Below, piece by piece: positions 45,741 to 58,945 of a stretch of 64,000 nucleotides of DNA. The notes beneath the pieces are model-generated. The model had not been told where the DNA came from, ran no database searches, and saw nothing but the letters and a program-made list of their open reading frames with translations. Position 1 is the first letter of the stretch. Each line of letters begins with the position of its first letter. This DNA is from Eledone cirrhosa (Eukaryota), in assembly GCA_964016885.1 (NCBI GenBank), contig OZ024745.1:121892001-121956000 (forward strand), in the 5' to 3' direction. Both the position numbers and the translations under genes were made by a program.

Positions 45741-47179
45741 GCTGCTGGTGATCGAACTTTATGGAGAGAGATATCACATGTTAATGCGCAGTCTGCAACT
45801 GGCAGAGTTTAACGTCAGAAGAGAAGCACTATTCCAAAGATCCACCACTACTTCTTTCCATAACATGGAACTAGGAAATTATAACACACATAACCCTATC
45901 AGTGAAGCCCTTTAGTATAGGTCAACTAACAGAAAATTGTATTACGGTTACGAAAAAAATTCTAAATAATTCTACAAAGTAAAAATTAAAAACAGTCATC
46001 TCGGGCCACTCTGACTGGTCTGGTGGGCCGGATTGTGGTCCGCAGGCCGCCTGTTACACACCCTTGATCTAGATGAAGTGTTGTAGTTTTCAATTAAAAC
46101 CAAGTTTTAATGAAGTCTATCTAAGGATATGTCTTACATAAATAGTGAGTGTAGTTAAGTCTGTATAATATTAATATAGTTGATAAAAATTCTTAAATTT
46201 TAATTTAAGGAAAATAAAAAAAATAAAAAATGAATGAAAAGAATTATTTTTAAGTGATATGTATTTCTGTTTCCAAAGAATATCTTCAGATTTCTGTGTG
46301 TATGAGAGGGGGAGAGAGTGTTATAGCCCTTTTCCTCCCAACTGAAAACTTAACATACTTATTTATTCCATGTCAAGAGAGATATATAATTCTTCCGCAG
46401 TGTTAGTTCCATTTAATACATGACCTCCGTCAACCCATTGTGGACAACAAATGCTCTCCACCCCCACTATTTATGAGTATTCATGTGAAATTGTGAGTTA
46501 TTCTTATTGTTTAAATGATTAATATAGGCGGAGATGTTTTGAAGTTTTCTTATTTATAGTTTGTTATTTGACAGCTTGATTCAATTGACTTAGAAGTTCT
46601 CTGATAAATTCCACCCTCATCAGTCATCCACAAGATCTAGCCTATATGCTGCTATAACTCAAGCTGCTAGAAGTAACAGCTAAATATTTCTCATATCATG
46701 TCCTACAATCTTACCATTCTTGATATCAATCCATCCAAAACTGCCCCTTTTTTTCTGAAAGAAGACCAACCGTTTAAAAAAGTTCCTATTTGAATAAAAA
46801 TCTTCCAACAGTATTTAATATAAGAACTTTTTAAATTATGTTACAAATACTATCTTTATAATGAAATAATTAGTAAATTTCCCTAAATTTTTCCTTAATT
46901 AATTGAAATACAGTGTATTTCAGGTAGAAATACAGTCACAAAGAGGTTAAAAAGAAAACAATAACACATTGGGTGTTGTTGCCATAGATACACTAATCTA
47001 AAAAATGAAAATCTAATCTAAAAAATGAAAATATTCCATCATGTGTTTACCAAAGCACATCTTCTGTAAGGCGTCTGAATGTTTCATTTAAAGGCACTAT
47101 CTTTTCCATCTGTTCCAGACAAAATTCAAAACACAGATATCATCATTGTTGTTACATATTTAGATCCATCTTACAACCA

Positions 47180-47715
47180 GTGCTGGGTGGTTGGTGATAG
47201 AAAAGGACTTCCAGCCATAGAAACTATGCCAAAAATGGTTAAGAGGACACGTCAATCTTGACACAGTAACCTCTATAGTGTTGGTGCCACAAAAAAAAAA
47301 AAGAAATGCACTCAATACACATTGTATTGTGGTTTGTGTTAGGGTTTCCAGCTGTAGAAACTATTCCAAAAAGGGTTAAGATGACACTTCAATTGTGACA
47401 TGACATGACATCCTCTTTTGTATTGGTGCCACAAAATATGCACTCAGTGCACCTTGTATGGTGGTTGGTGATAGAAAGGGCATCAAGCTATAGAAATCAT
47501 GCCAAAAAAGTGTTAAGAAGACTCTTTGGTTGTGTCATGGGCATGACAACCTCTCTGGTGTTGGTGATCTACATGATTAATGTATCCAGTACACTTTGTA
47601 AAGGTGTTGGTGATAGGAAGGTCATCCAGCCATAGAAAACTGGCCAAATAAAGGGTCAGGAGGGCTGTTCATGTGTTAAAAGACATGACAACTCCCACTA
47701 GTGTTTGTGTTAGGA
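47180..47715 (+). repeat. Old ~140-bp tandem repeat (x4) derived from the RTE 3' tail
   Basis: GGTTGGTGATAG.AAGGG..TCCAGC..TAGAAAC.ATGCCAAAAA.G.TTAAGA at ~47188, 47331, 47463 and 47605. Confidence 0.7.
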
Positions 47716-50087
47716 TAAAATGCCAACTGTAGAATGTGGGTATGTAAGTCAGATGGGGTTCCTGGCCTGCCTGGGAGATCAGTGATTCTGAAGCTGTTGC
47801 AGTGAAAAGGATAGATATTCTCATTCCAGTTCTCTCTGCAGATAATTGGTCAATAATTGTAATGTATTCCTCTGGAATAAGGGTGGCGAACTTACAGCAC
47901 ACATGGGGGAAGATTTTGATGATTTTTATATTTATAAAGAACAACAACAAAATTGTATGTGAGCTTAGGGTGATACAGTTTTTGTAGGTAGTGAGTGACC
48001 TTTTAGTCAAAGCAACATGTATTGCTTTGATCTGAGATTTTACTGGTATTGTCTATAATTAACGCTATGGCATCAAATACACTTTTATGGATGATTTCAA
48101 GTATTTTTATTCTCTTTTATCCCTAAAATAATTTGTAAACGTGTTATATTTTGGGTGGGTCATGCTGCCAATAAATTAGTTCTTTGTATCGTGTCCAGCT
48201 TGGTGTTCCCTAGCTTTGTGGATTGTAGCTTTCAGCATTGATTTTGGCTGTTCTGTAGCTTATGACTGTTGCTTGTGGGGGTGATAGGATTAGCAGTATC
48301 TTGTTGAGCTAGTTGATCTTGTCGATCTTATCGATACTCCCATTTCCACTGCGTGGACGCTCTTATCTTGACCCCAATAAGTTAATAATATAATAAATTT
48401 TATAAATTAGTAATATAATAAAAATGATAGTCTGCTGCTCAGAAATTCCTGTGAGCATGTGAAGGGAATTTTTCTAGATTATCACCAATGCAGCCTCACA
48501 TGCTTAAAAAGGTTAGCCACTCCTGCTATAGGATAAACAACAATAAATATCAGTAATCCAATGGCAGAGGGTAACATTGGGTTTAATAGTGGTACTCATC
48601 CTTGCTTTTAAGTATTCACACTTGCCTTTAAGTAGTTGAGGTCATCTCCAATAATTTTTTTTTTTTTTTTAAAAATAAAGAATAAGTCTTTCAGAGAATG
48701 TTCTGCCTAACTTCAGTTTAGCTTTAGCTGTTAGATTATTGTTGCCCTTGTCAACATGCCAAGTAAATTAGACTTTTGGCATGCTAAATTTCAATGTTGT
48801 TTATAGTCAACTTTTAAAGTTTGACATTGCTGTGAACACAAGCTTTTTTTTCTGTTATAATTTATTTTTGTACTTGAGATTGTTTCTCTCTTCTCTCCCT
48901 TTCCCTGTGTCTGTCTGTCTCTCTGTCAGCATATGTTTCTTTCTCTCTCTCCCTCTCTATTGGCATATGTTTCTCTCTCTGTCTCTCTACTTTTCTGCTT
49001 GTCTATCTTTCTGTCACTTTCTCCACCACTGTCTGTCTGTCTCCCCCCATCTCTCTCTCTCTCTCTCATCATGAATAGTTTGTTCTCTTTTCAGGATATG
49101 TTGAGTCATGTTTGTTTACATGGTGCCAAGTCACTAACATTACTATTTCCATACTACAATTATGAATTAAAGATTTAGGTGTATGTAGTAAGTTACTTGA
49201 AATACTTACAGATTAGTATTTTAGTTGCATTGAAAACATACAAAATCAAACTCACATGGTTACTATATTGAGACAGTTTTAACACAAATTCAAATGTTGA
49301 AAGCATAATGAATGAGTTAGGTTTATCTTATCAACATAGTATATGTAATTCTTATTATAGTTGAAAGAGAATGTCTGGTAATTATTTAAAAAGGGTGTAT
49401 TTAATTCTATTGAAATCAGACTAGATTTATTTAACACAGCATATTTAATTTTTTAATTAGTTAGACTGGGAGGAGAAACAGTGTTCTCAGACCTATTAGC
49501 CAACTCAATTAGACTGGTGAAATTGTTTTGGCTGAGGCCCATTTTGAATATTTTCAATTTAATTTCTGCCAGAAAAATGTCGGAAAAGAAACAGAATCAA
49601 TTTTACTTAAAGCCCCAAGAATATGCAATGGTATTAAAGAGTGATGTCCATATCATCATCATTATCATTTTACATCTGCTTTCCATGTTGGTATGGCTGG
49701 ATGGTTCATCACTGTTTGAGTCAGTTCTTATTTAGAGTTACTACTGCCCTCTCAGATGGGGGACCATGTTTTTGGCTTGGTTTCTATCACTGGATGCTCT
49801 TGCTAATACCAACCTCTTTATAGATTGTTCTGGGTGCATTTTATTGTGGCACCAGCACTCAAGAGGCTAGGCATTTAACACAACTAAAGAGTTATGTCTA
49901 CTCAGTGAAATATGAACACTAGATGTGAAAGATCTTTGGAGGCTGGAGAGAAATGAGCCATTGATAAGTCAGTAGATATGCATTATTAACTTGGATAAAA
50001 AGCTGAGCACAACTGAGTTAAAAATACTGCTAAGCATTTAAAGTTATCAGCTGATGTGTAGAGGACAGCTGGATGCATTGATTATAA

Positions 50088-50345
50088 TCATCATCATCAG
50101 CATCATACGTCCATTTTTCCATGCTGGCATGGGTTAGACGAGTTGTCCTGTTGTGGGCAATGTTAGGTCAGGTGACCATGTCTTGCTCATACAGAACTGC
50201 TTTTGGCTAGGTTTCTACAGCTGGATGCCCTTCCTAACACCAGCCTCATTTACAGTGAGTGCTGGTTGCTTTTTTACCGTGGCACCTACACAACCACTTT
50301 ACGGTGTGTACTGGGTGCTTTTTGTTGTGACACCTACATGACTTT
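50088..50345 (-). mobile_element. RTE 3' tail
   Basis: Reverse of 2380-2600. Confidence 0.8.
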
Positions 50346-50808
50346 TGCTTTTGGCTTGGTTTAGATGCCTTTCCTAACCAAGTACATTACAGCAAGTACT
50401 GAGACATTTCTTTTTTCTTGTGGTATTACCTAAATGACAGGGATGATAGTAATGATTCACTTCTACTTTATAGCAGTGAATTCAGCAAATCACTGATTTT
50501 CATTACATTCATCAAATATTAACTAATTTAGCTTCAATGAACCTTTCCAGTATTTCCCCCAGAGACCCCCTACAAAGGATGGTAGGCATTTTATTGCTTT
50601 TCCTAAAATTCAACACAAAAATAAATGCATTCTATCATTTCAGACATTCTCATGATTAATGATTCTAACTTTATCTGTTAAAATGTTTGATGACTCATTC
50701 ATAGACTGTAGCAGTTATAATGTTACTCCATCATTTCGATAATCCCTTCAATTGCTCCAAAAATTGAGGATAAAATATAGTACCAGTTAAGTACTGGCAT
50801 CTGTTTAA

Positions 50809-51012
50809 CCCTTTAGCATTTACATTACTCTATATTTACTATTGTATTTTCATGGTAAAGGCTTTATTTTACATAATTATCTTACATAATATTGAATCTA
50901 TGAGATTTTGATGTTATTTATTTTGAGAACAAGAGCGGCCAGTTACAGCTGGTTTGGACAGAAAGAGGTGAAGGAATTCTGGCCGGATACAGCTGGTTTA
51001 AATGCTAAAGGG
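50809..51012 (-). mobile_element. piggyBac-type MITE inserted in a SINE family A remnant (50765-51060)
   Basis: TTAA-CCCTTTAGCATTTA ... TAAATGCTAAAGGG-TTAA (14-bp TIRs); GATAAAATATAGTACCAG..GTACTGG to the left, TTGACTTTCC...AGAAACCATTAT to the right. Confidence 0.9.
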
Positions 51013-53354
51013 TTAATTGACTTTCCTTTACCCCCTTGAACCTAAATGAGAAACCATTATTTGACTTCCATAAACAGTAGCTGAATTGTTTAACTATGAT
51101 CAAAGAAACTTATGATCAGAAAACATTCCAGCTATAACCATCCTGTTATTATTTTGTTTTTTAGATTCTATATCCACAACTATATTTTCTAATGTGTCCT
51201 TTGTTTAATTTGATAGGGTGTGATATGTGGGAGATTTGACTCCTATTAATTTCTCATTGGTCTGAGTTGGTGGAAATGCTACATGTTATTCAATGTCACA
51301 CACACTGATTTTATATTGAAACTAGAATTTCCATATGCTGACATCTATGTGTGTGCATGTATGTATGCATATGCATACATTTATATGTATATAAATATAA
51401 ACTTACAAAAATACACACCCAAAGGCACACATTCACACAAATACACATACATTTACAATCACACACATACACTCACACATAGCGTAGTTATTTCGCCATC
51501 CCCTTCCCTTCCTTTTACACGCACATTCATGCAGGCAGCAGATGTAAAGAGAGAGGAGTAGTATGAGGTAGTCAAACTACTTCTCTCTCTTCATGTGTTG
51601 TGACAGAATCACAGAAATTTCTATATAGATACCACCACGTTAAGCAATCATCTTCATCTTTCTCTCTGATTGCTAAAGTTCAAACCCTAAGATGAGAAAC
51701 AATAATGAGTCTCATCATCATTATTTTACAACCTTAAACCTAATATACAGTAATAGTGACTAATAGTAAATCATTTAACATATATATTGTTAATGTCTGT
51801 ATAATTAGGGACAGAAATGAGAGGATTTAAAGAACACACTATGAATTGAGGGTTATATGTGTTGTGTGTTGTGTGGGAGTGAGAGATAGTTGAAGAAATA
51901 AAAGTGAAAAAAAAGCCCGTCTCGATTATTTATAAGTTTATAGAAGTTAATCTTTACTTAAGTGCTGTTTTGGTTGTGTTAAGCTGTTGTGAATCATAAC
52001 TGATAGAAGCAATGTTTAAGTAGTTAACTTTATTTAAATGTGGTTTGTTCACATGTTTTAGTGGTGGCCAGCCATGGCTTAGGCATGAGTCATGTCTCTC
52101 ATCAGGAGTAATTGTGTACTTAATTAAACACACAGTATAGTCATCATAATTATTATTTCATTACATCTAGTAGCAGCTGTTGTCATATGCCCAGATAACA
52201 TTGGTGGTTGTCAATTGGTAGTGAAAGTAATAGTAGTAGTGGTAGTAATAGTAGTATTAGCAGAATCTATCTTTTTCTTTTCAGCTTATCTTTTTCCAAT
52301 CTATCTACAGTATCTTTCCAAATCCTCTCATATTTTAGCACACTATTTTTTTTACTTCTCAATGTTTTCCCCCTTTTATAGATTTTAAGATGTATTTAAA
52401 TTTTCATTTTTCTTTCAAGTCCCTCACATTATCTACAGACCCATTCATTCTGTTTATATATACTCATTCAATCTTCTCTCTCCAAACAGGCATACACTTT
52501 TCATCACAAAAGAAATCTTTATAAGAATGCATATAGGCACACACATGCACACCCAAACACCTTCCATACATATTTACTGCTTTTATATGCAATATATGGT
52601 TTTATCTTTAATGTGAACTTGTTTCAGTTGTATCCATATGAAGCAAATTGAGATGTAATTTCAGATATATTCAGTGTTGAGGTGCACGTATGGCTGAATG
52701 AATACTCAAGACATTTTCTTTATAATTATTGAAGTTCATTGCACAAGTTTATTCAACCATAGCTTTGGGCCTTGTATGTGGAATTAGGTTGATAGGAACT
52801 GTTTGATAGTCTGTTGGATAGATTATACCTATAATTCAAAGGGTGAAATATATCACGTAGTGTCGTGTTGATTCTGCTTTAGGATTCTGGTAAGAGTACA
52901 CACACATCTGTGGAATACTCAGCCTTCTTCACTATAGTACAATGAGTAGGAAGTGTTGATTGAACAACTGAAATACTCATCATTGGACATAACAATAAGC
53001 ATTAATTTTTTTATATTTTCTGTATTTGTGTGACTGTTGGCAAAGAGTAATTTTCAATTTAGTTTTTATCTTTATACCATTATTTCCTATCGCTACTATC
53101 ACCCCCCCCCCTGTTATCATCATCATTACCAAGTCTATAGTAAACACTGACCAAGGTGCCACACAGTGAGGTAGTCTTCTCCCTTCCATACACTTCCCAT
53201 GTCAACACTTCATCTTTCAACAGCTAACTATCCCACCCTTGACATACCTCTTCAACCCCCCTATCTACTTTTCTCATCTAACTCACCTCTTTTGTCCAAC
53301 AAGCTTGGAAAGATGAACACTTACAATGGTGCTGAAATGGCTAATGGCTCTGTC

Positions 53355-54085
53355 CACCCTGTAAGGTGGTCATGCTGGTAACACAACAAAAGCCTCTAGT
53401 CTACCATGTAAGGTGCTCATGTTGGAGTCATGACAACAGACCACCTAGCCCCCCCCCCCCCCGTAAGGTAACGTGATAAAAGTGCATCTAGCCCGCTCGG
53501 CAAGGTGGTTTTGCTGTTGAAATAAATAAGCACCCAGTCCACCTTGTAAGGTGGTCATGTTGGTGACATGACAGGAGGCACCCAGTTGACCCAGTTTGCC
53601 TTGTTGAGTGACATGACAAAAGTGCCCAGTCCACATTGTAAAGTGGTCGTTTTAGTGTCATAACAAAAGTGCCTAGTCCACACAGTAAAGTAGTTGTGTA
53701 GGTGTTACGACAAAAAGTGCCTAGTCCACACTGTAAAGTAGTTGTGTAGGTGTTACGACAAAAAGTGCCTAGTCCACACAGTAAAGTAGTTGTGTAGGTG
53801 TTACAACAAAAAGTGCCTAGTCCACACTGTAAAGTAGTTGTGTAGGTGTTACGACAAAAAGTGCCTAGTCCACACTGTAAATGTGATCATTTTGGTCTCA
53901 CGACAAAAAGCACCTGGCACACCCTGTAAATGTAGTTAGCATTATGAAAGGCATCCAGCTGTAGAAACCAAGCCAGAAAGAGTTCTATATGAGCAAGATA
54001 TGGCCATCTGATCTGACTCGTCTAACCCATGCTAGCATGGTAAAATGGACATTAAATAATGATGATGATGATGATGATGATGATT
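53355..54085 (+). mobile_element. RTE 3' tail with an expanded 48-bp repeat array
   Basis: ACAC(A/T)GTAAAGTAGTTGTGTAGGTGTTAC.ACAAAAAGTGCCTAGTCC x4 plus degenerate units; (GAT)n tail. Confidence 0.85.
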
Positions 54086-54156
54086 TAACTTAAGCCAAAA
54101 TCTCAATTGAGATATCTAAGTATATTAGACAAATAACGTTGTTTTATATGTATATA

Positions 54157-55640
54157 CTAGCTGCCTCCTGGTCTGTACTGTGCTAAAATATATTTGTAAG
54201 GCACCTATTGTCTGTCATTAATGTCCAGTTTCCTTAGAATAAAAGATGTTAAAAGGTATTTAGATATTGTGTAACATAATTTTTAAAATTTATTTAGAAT
54301 ATCTAAATACAAAATGTAATAAAGAAAATAATAGAAAAAGGTATTCTACGAAAGTTACAAACCATTTATGGAACTTCAGTATATGGAACTTCAGTGTTTT
54401 AAACATTTTTCTTTGGAGCAAATGTAAGGTGTTTGTGGGGTCTTCCTAATCTGGAACCTACATACAAGTAGCCTTCTTCTAGTTGGAGACCAACAACCTG
54501 CAGGGTTTGACTTTGGGACTTGTTAATAGTCTTTGTGCAACTGATTTCACTGAGAATTGCAATCGTGTGAAACGAAGGGTGACATCTTTTGGTATTAGCG
54601 ATATTCTAGGTATAAATGCGATGTCTCCCTTACCACTTCCAGTGAGGATTACTCTTTCACACAGCCACTTCTCATTGGAATTGTGGATTTGGAAATTGGG
54701 GAACACTTAATGAAGATTACAATGCTTTCCACAACAGTACAAAATGATGAAGGATCAAAACATCCTTCAGTATCAAGGGATTACTTTTCTATAAATTTGA
54801 GCATCTGAGATGCTTATCTGTAACTCTGAGTGTCCCCCCTCTTTTCCTGCCTGTTATTCACGCTGAAGAAATCTCAGATTAGTTGAAAACACTTGAAAGA
54901 CCATAATTATTATCAACTAGCATAAGAGCCCTTTGTTGCCAGGCACACCTTTCACCACTGTAAATAAAGACACCCACCCACTCTCTCCTCAACAGGGCCG
55001 TCTTTAAATAGTCCCAGAACTCTGCTATTTTAGGGAAGAGCAAGATTTAAACTATATGTTGACATGCTCCGGGAGCTAAATAACCTATGTATCAAATTTG
55101 AACAAAATCGGATGGAAACTGTGGAAATGCCTTAACTGCACACACAGACACAGACATTTTGTAGTGGAGTCTGTGCTGCTGTACGGGTCTGAGACTTGGA
55201 CACTGACCAAGAAACTCACTCAGATGGTGGATGGGTGCTACACGAGAATGCTGAGGATGGCTCTGAACATTAATCAGTATACACTGAGGATGAAAAACTC
55301 AGAACTATATGGGAGCCTCCCAAAAGTCAGCTCAAAAGTGACACAGAGGAGACTGAGGTTAGCTGGACATGCTCACCAACATCCAGGGTTGACACAGCAC
55401 TCAGTGCTCTTGTGTGAGCCCCTACATGGACACACTGGAAGAGGAAGACCGAGGTTAACGCATGTTGTTGCCCAAAGGACAGACACTGGTCTGTTGGAGA
55501 CGCAGGACATGGCAGGGACAGAGACCGCTGGAGAGAACTCGTCCATGGATCTCGGGAATTTACCCGCCCTAGATAGAGATTTTATTTAGTGTTATTAGCA
55601 GTTAGCCTACAAACAAAATTCCTCTTTATAAGTATATAGA
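54157..55640 (-). mobile_element. Non-autonomous Helitron with both termini, a Pif1 C-terminal remnant and an RTE fragment
   Basis: 5' A|TCTATATACTTATAAAGAGGAATTTTGTTTG; 3' CTAG|T at 54157; VILTGSGKGDIAFIPRISLIP....RLQFSVK and INKSQSQTL at 54480-54660. Confidence 0.72.
55160..55590 (+). mobile_element. RTE-clade 3' fragment (distinct family)
   Basis: VESVLLYGSETWTLTK....DGCYTRMLRMALN; RRLRLAGH; GRGRPRLT. Confidence 0.85.
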
Positions 55641-55788
55641 TATATATACATCAAACAATAAAGTTTTTCTGTTTTTGTCCAATTTGATTGCATGCCAGCA
55701 AGAGAGCCTCTACATAGTGCTAGAAATAGTTGCCAAAACACATGAAATACACATGAAATTAATGAGCATTCCACAAATGTACCCTTAA

Positions 55789-56172
55789 CTTTTCAGCATT
55801 TACATTACGCTGTATTTACTACATGTAAAATTCCGTTAAAACGAATACGATTATAATGAATTTTTCAGTATAACATTTTTTTCAATCACCAGCCACAAGC
55901 TCGATGTTTTTTGATCAATCTCGTTGTAAAGAATTTTTTCATTACAACAAAATCTTTTTTATACCTTGTGAATTTCATTAATGGAATTTCACTGTATTGT
56001 ATTTTCATGGTAAAGGCTTTATCTCACATAATTATCTCACATATGAGATTTTGATGTTATTTATTTTGAGAACAATACTTTAACATCAGTATGAATGGCA
56101 GATTACAGCCGGTTTGAACAGAAAGAGGTGAGAGAATTCTGGCTGGATATGGTTGGTTTAAATGCTAAAGGG
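55789..56172 (-). mobile_element. piggyBac-type MITE hosting a TA-flanked pogo-like MITE (55822-55994)
   Basis: TTAA ends; insert TA-CATGTAAAATTCCGTTAA ... TTAATGGAATTTCACTG-TA; removing it restores TATTTACTATTGTATTTTCATGG as seen in the 50809 copy. Confidence 0.85.
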
Positions 56173-56331
56173 TTAATGTAATTCACACTGAGATTCAGCA
56201 TGACAGTGGGGCACATGGCTGGCTCTTTGTAATCCTGATAGCCCATTTGATAGTTTTCCAGTTTTGATCTACCCAATTTCATTCAAACGGCTTGGGTTGA
56301 CCCAAGGCTATGGTAAATGACACATGCCTGA

Positions 56332-56365
<34 letters not shown>

Positions 56366-56483
56366 GCAGACATACTCACCCATACACACTGGCCTACTTA
56401 CACCCACCTATGCACACACATATATACACATGCACACAATGAGAGTTGTAGATTTATAAATCTACAACTCAACACTACCATCA

Positions 56484-56850
56484 ATCATCATCATCATCAT
56501 TTTACGTCTGCTCTTCCCTGCTTGCAAGGGTTGGACGGGTCTTATTCAGCACAGCATCTCTCCACTTGTCACGGTCCCTCGTCATCTCCACCGTGAGCTT
56601 CAGCGATCTGAGGTCTGTTCTCACCACCTCCGCCCATGTTTTTCGTGATCTACCACGTCTTCCTTCAACTGGCATTTCCTGGCACTTCTTCACCCATCGG
56701 TCATCCTCCATGCGCATCACATGTCCATACCACCTCAGTCTCCTCTCCCGTACACTACATTCTATCCCTCTCAGACACAGTTTCTCTCTCAACACATTCA
56801 TGCTGGGTCGTTCACGCACATTTACACTGCACATCCAATGGAGCATGCTT
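56484..56850 (-). mobile_element. RTE LINE 3' fragment
   Basis: RERRLRWYGHVMRMEDDRWVKKC...GRSRKTWAEVV; (GAT)n tail. Confidence 0.9.
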
Positions 56851-56902
56851 GCTGGATGTGCAGTGTCAATGTGTGTGAATGATCAATGTGTGTGTGTGTG
56901 TT

Positions 56903-57122
56903 TGAAGGCGTGTGGCTGAGTGGTAAGAAAATTGGATTCACAATCCTGAGGTTGTGAGTTCAATTCTTGGACCGGGTGGTGCGTTCTGTCCTTCAGAAAG
57001 TCACTTTATTTCTCATTGTTCCTTCTACCTGGAGTTGTGGCCGATACATAGTATTAGCAACTGGAAAGACCAATGGAAACATTGTTTCCTCGGTCCGGTT
57101 TGACGAATGTCGATCAACTGTC
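56903..57122 (+). mobile_element. tRNA-derived SINE family B
   Basis: GAAGGCGTGTGGCTGAGTGGTAAG, GAGTTCAATTC, GTCCTT..GAAAGTCACTTTATTTC. Confidence 0.75.
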
Positions 57123-58020
57123 AAGATATATATATATATGATGATATATATATATATATATAAAAAACAATGTTGTCTCTGATTGAGATGAAGCGAGAGT
57201 ACATTTGAATACTTATAAAAATGAGAGAGCTCATGGCTAGAACGGCCTTTAAAACAGCTAAATACTGTGACTGGGAAAAAAGGTCACAATCCACAAGGTC
57301 TGTGACAGGCAGACGGAATATAGAAATGACTGAAAGAGGAGGAGGGCAAGAAGTGTGTTGGTACAGAGAAGTGATTGGGAAAAGGAAATAAAGAAAGGTG
57401 ATGTTCAAGACAAGTTTACACACACACATCTTCACACTCATAGGCTCTCAAACCACCAGAGTTTTCTCATTTTTATATGTTTATATTTATTTATAGAAGT
57501 CTCTCTCTGTGTTTGTAGACATGCATGACTAAAAATGTTAAAATTATTTCATCACAATAAGAAAAATGGCAGTTATTTTAATTGTGGCAGCTTGCAAAAG
57601 CTCAATTGAAGGCCGGGAAGTAAATATTAACTCTGATATAGCTCTTTCTCATCTTCTCTCACTATCTCGTTCTCTCTCTCTCTGTCTCTTTCATACTATT
57701 CCTTTTTTACTGTCTCTCTCTGTCTCCACCTCTACCTCTCTCCTTTCTCTCTCTCTCTCTCCTTTCTCTCCTTCCTATCTCTCTCTCTCTCTCTCCTTAC
57801 TTTCTGCCTCTCTCTCCTTCCTTTCTGCCCCCCCCCCCCCTCCTTCTTTTCTATCTCCCCTTCCTTCCCCCTTCTTTCTCCACCTCTCTCTCTCCTTCCT
57901 TTCTCTCTCTTTTGTGTTTATATGAAATGTTACTCTTTTTTTCACAATACGGAAATTGCAATTATTACAATTGATTGTTTGGAAAAGCTCAACTATATTA
58001 TCAAAGTAAATATGCCTGAA

Positions 58021-58575
58021 ATCTCTCTCACTCCTACTCTTTCCCGTTCTCTCTCTCTCCTACTCTTTCCCGTTCTCTCTCACTCCTACTCTTTCCCGTT
58101 CTCTCTCTCTCCTACTCTTTCCCGTTCTCTCTCTCTCCTACTCTTTCCCGTTCTCTCTCTCTCCTACTCTTTCCCGTTCTCTCTCTCTCCTACTCTTTCC
58201 CGTTCTCTCTCTCTCCTACTCTTTCCCGTTCTCTCTCTCTCCTACTCTTTCCCGTTCTCTCTCTCTCCTACTCTTTCCCATTCTCTCTCTCTCTCTCCTA
58301 CTCTTTCCCATTCTCTCTCTCTCTCCTACTCTTTCCCGTTCTCTCTCTCTCCTACTCTTTCCCGTTCTCTCTCTCTCTTACTCTTTCCCGTTCTCTCTCT
58401 CTCTTACTCTTTCCCGTTCTCTCTCTCTCTTACTCTTTCCCATTCTCTCTCTCTCTTACTCTTTCCCATTCTCTCTCTCTCTTACTCTTTCCCATTCTCT
58501 CCTACTCTTTCCAAGTCTCTCTCTCACTCTTTCCCATTCTCTCTCTCACTCTTTTCCATTCTCTCTCTCTCTCCC
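58021..58575. repeat. ~26-bp polypyrimidine minisatellite CCTACTCTTTCCCGTTCTCTCTCTCT
   Basis: About 20 units visible. Confidence 0.95.
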
Positions 58576-58945
58576 TCTATCTCTCATGAATACTATTGGG
58601 TATATGTATCTATGGTAGAGAGATATGTCCATTCTCAAATACTCAAACTTGACCAGTGCAACAATAAAGCTCCCAGCCCACCTTTTAAAGTGGTGGCTTT
58701 AGTTTCTAAAATGGTCGAGGTGACAATTTATTCCATTACAGATTCAGACCATTCTCCTCGCTCTTCATGTTAGTTGGGAGAATATCTTTTTCATTTACCG
58801 TTTTAACATGTTTTTTTATTGTCTACAATTTTCAAATAATTTTAAAAATAATCAAAACTTTAGAGGGATTTAGTAATATAACCAATTTGATTATTATTAA
58901 TCTGGTGTTTGGTATGTAACTTATCTTTCTTACATAAAATTATGT

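Noticed and set aside
57922-58773. 283-aa S/L/P-rich ORF
   Set aside because: Translation of the 26-bp pyrimidine minisatellite
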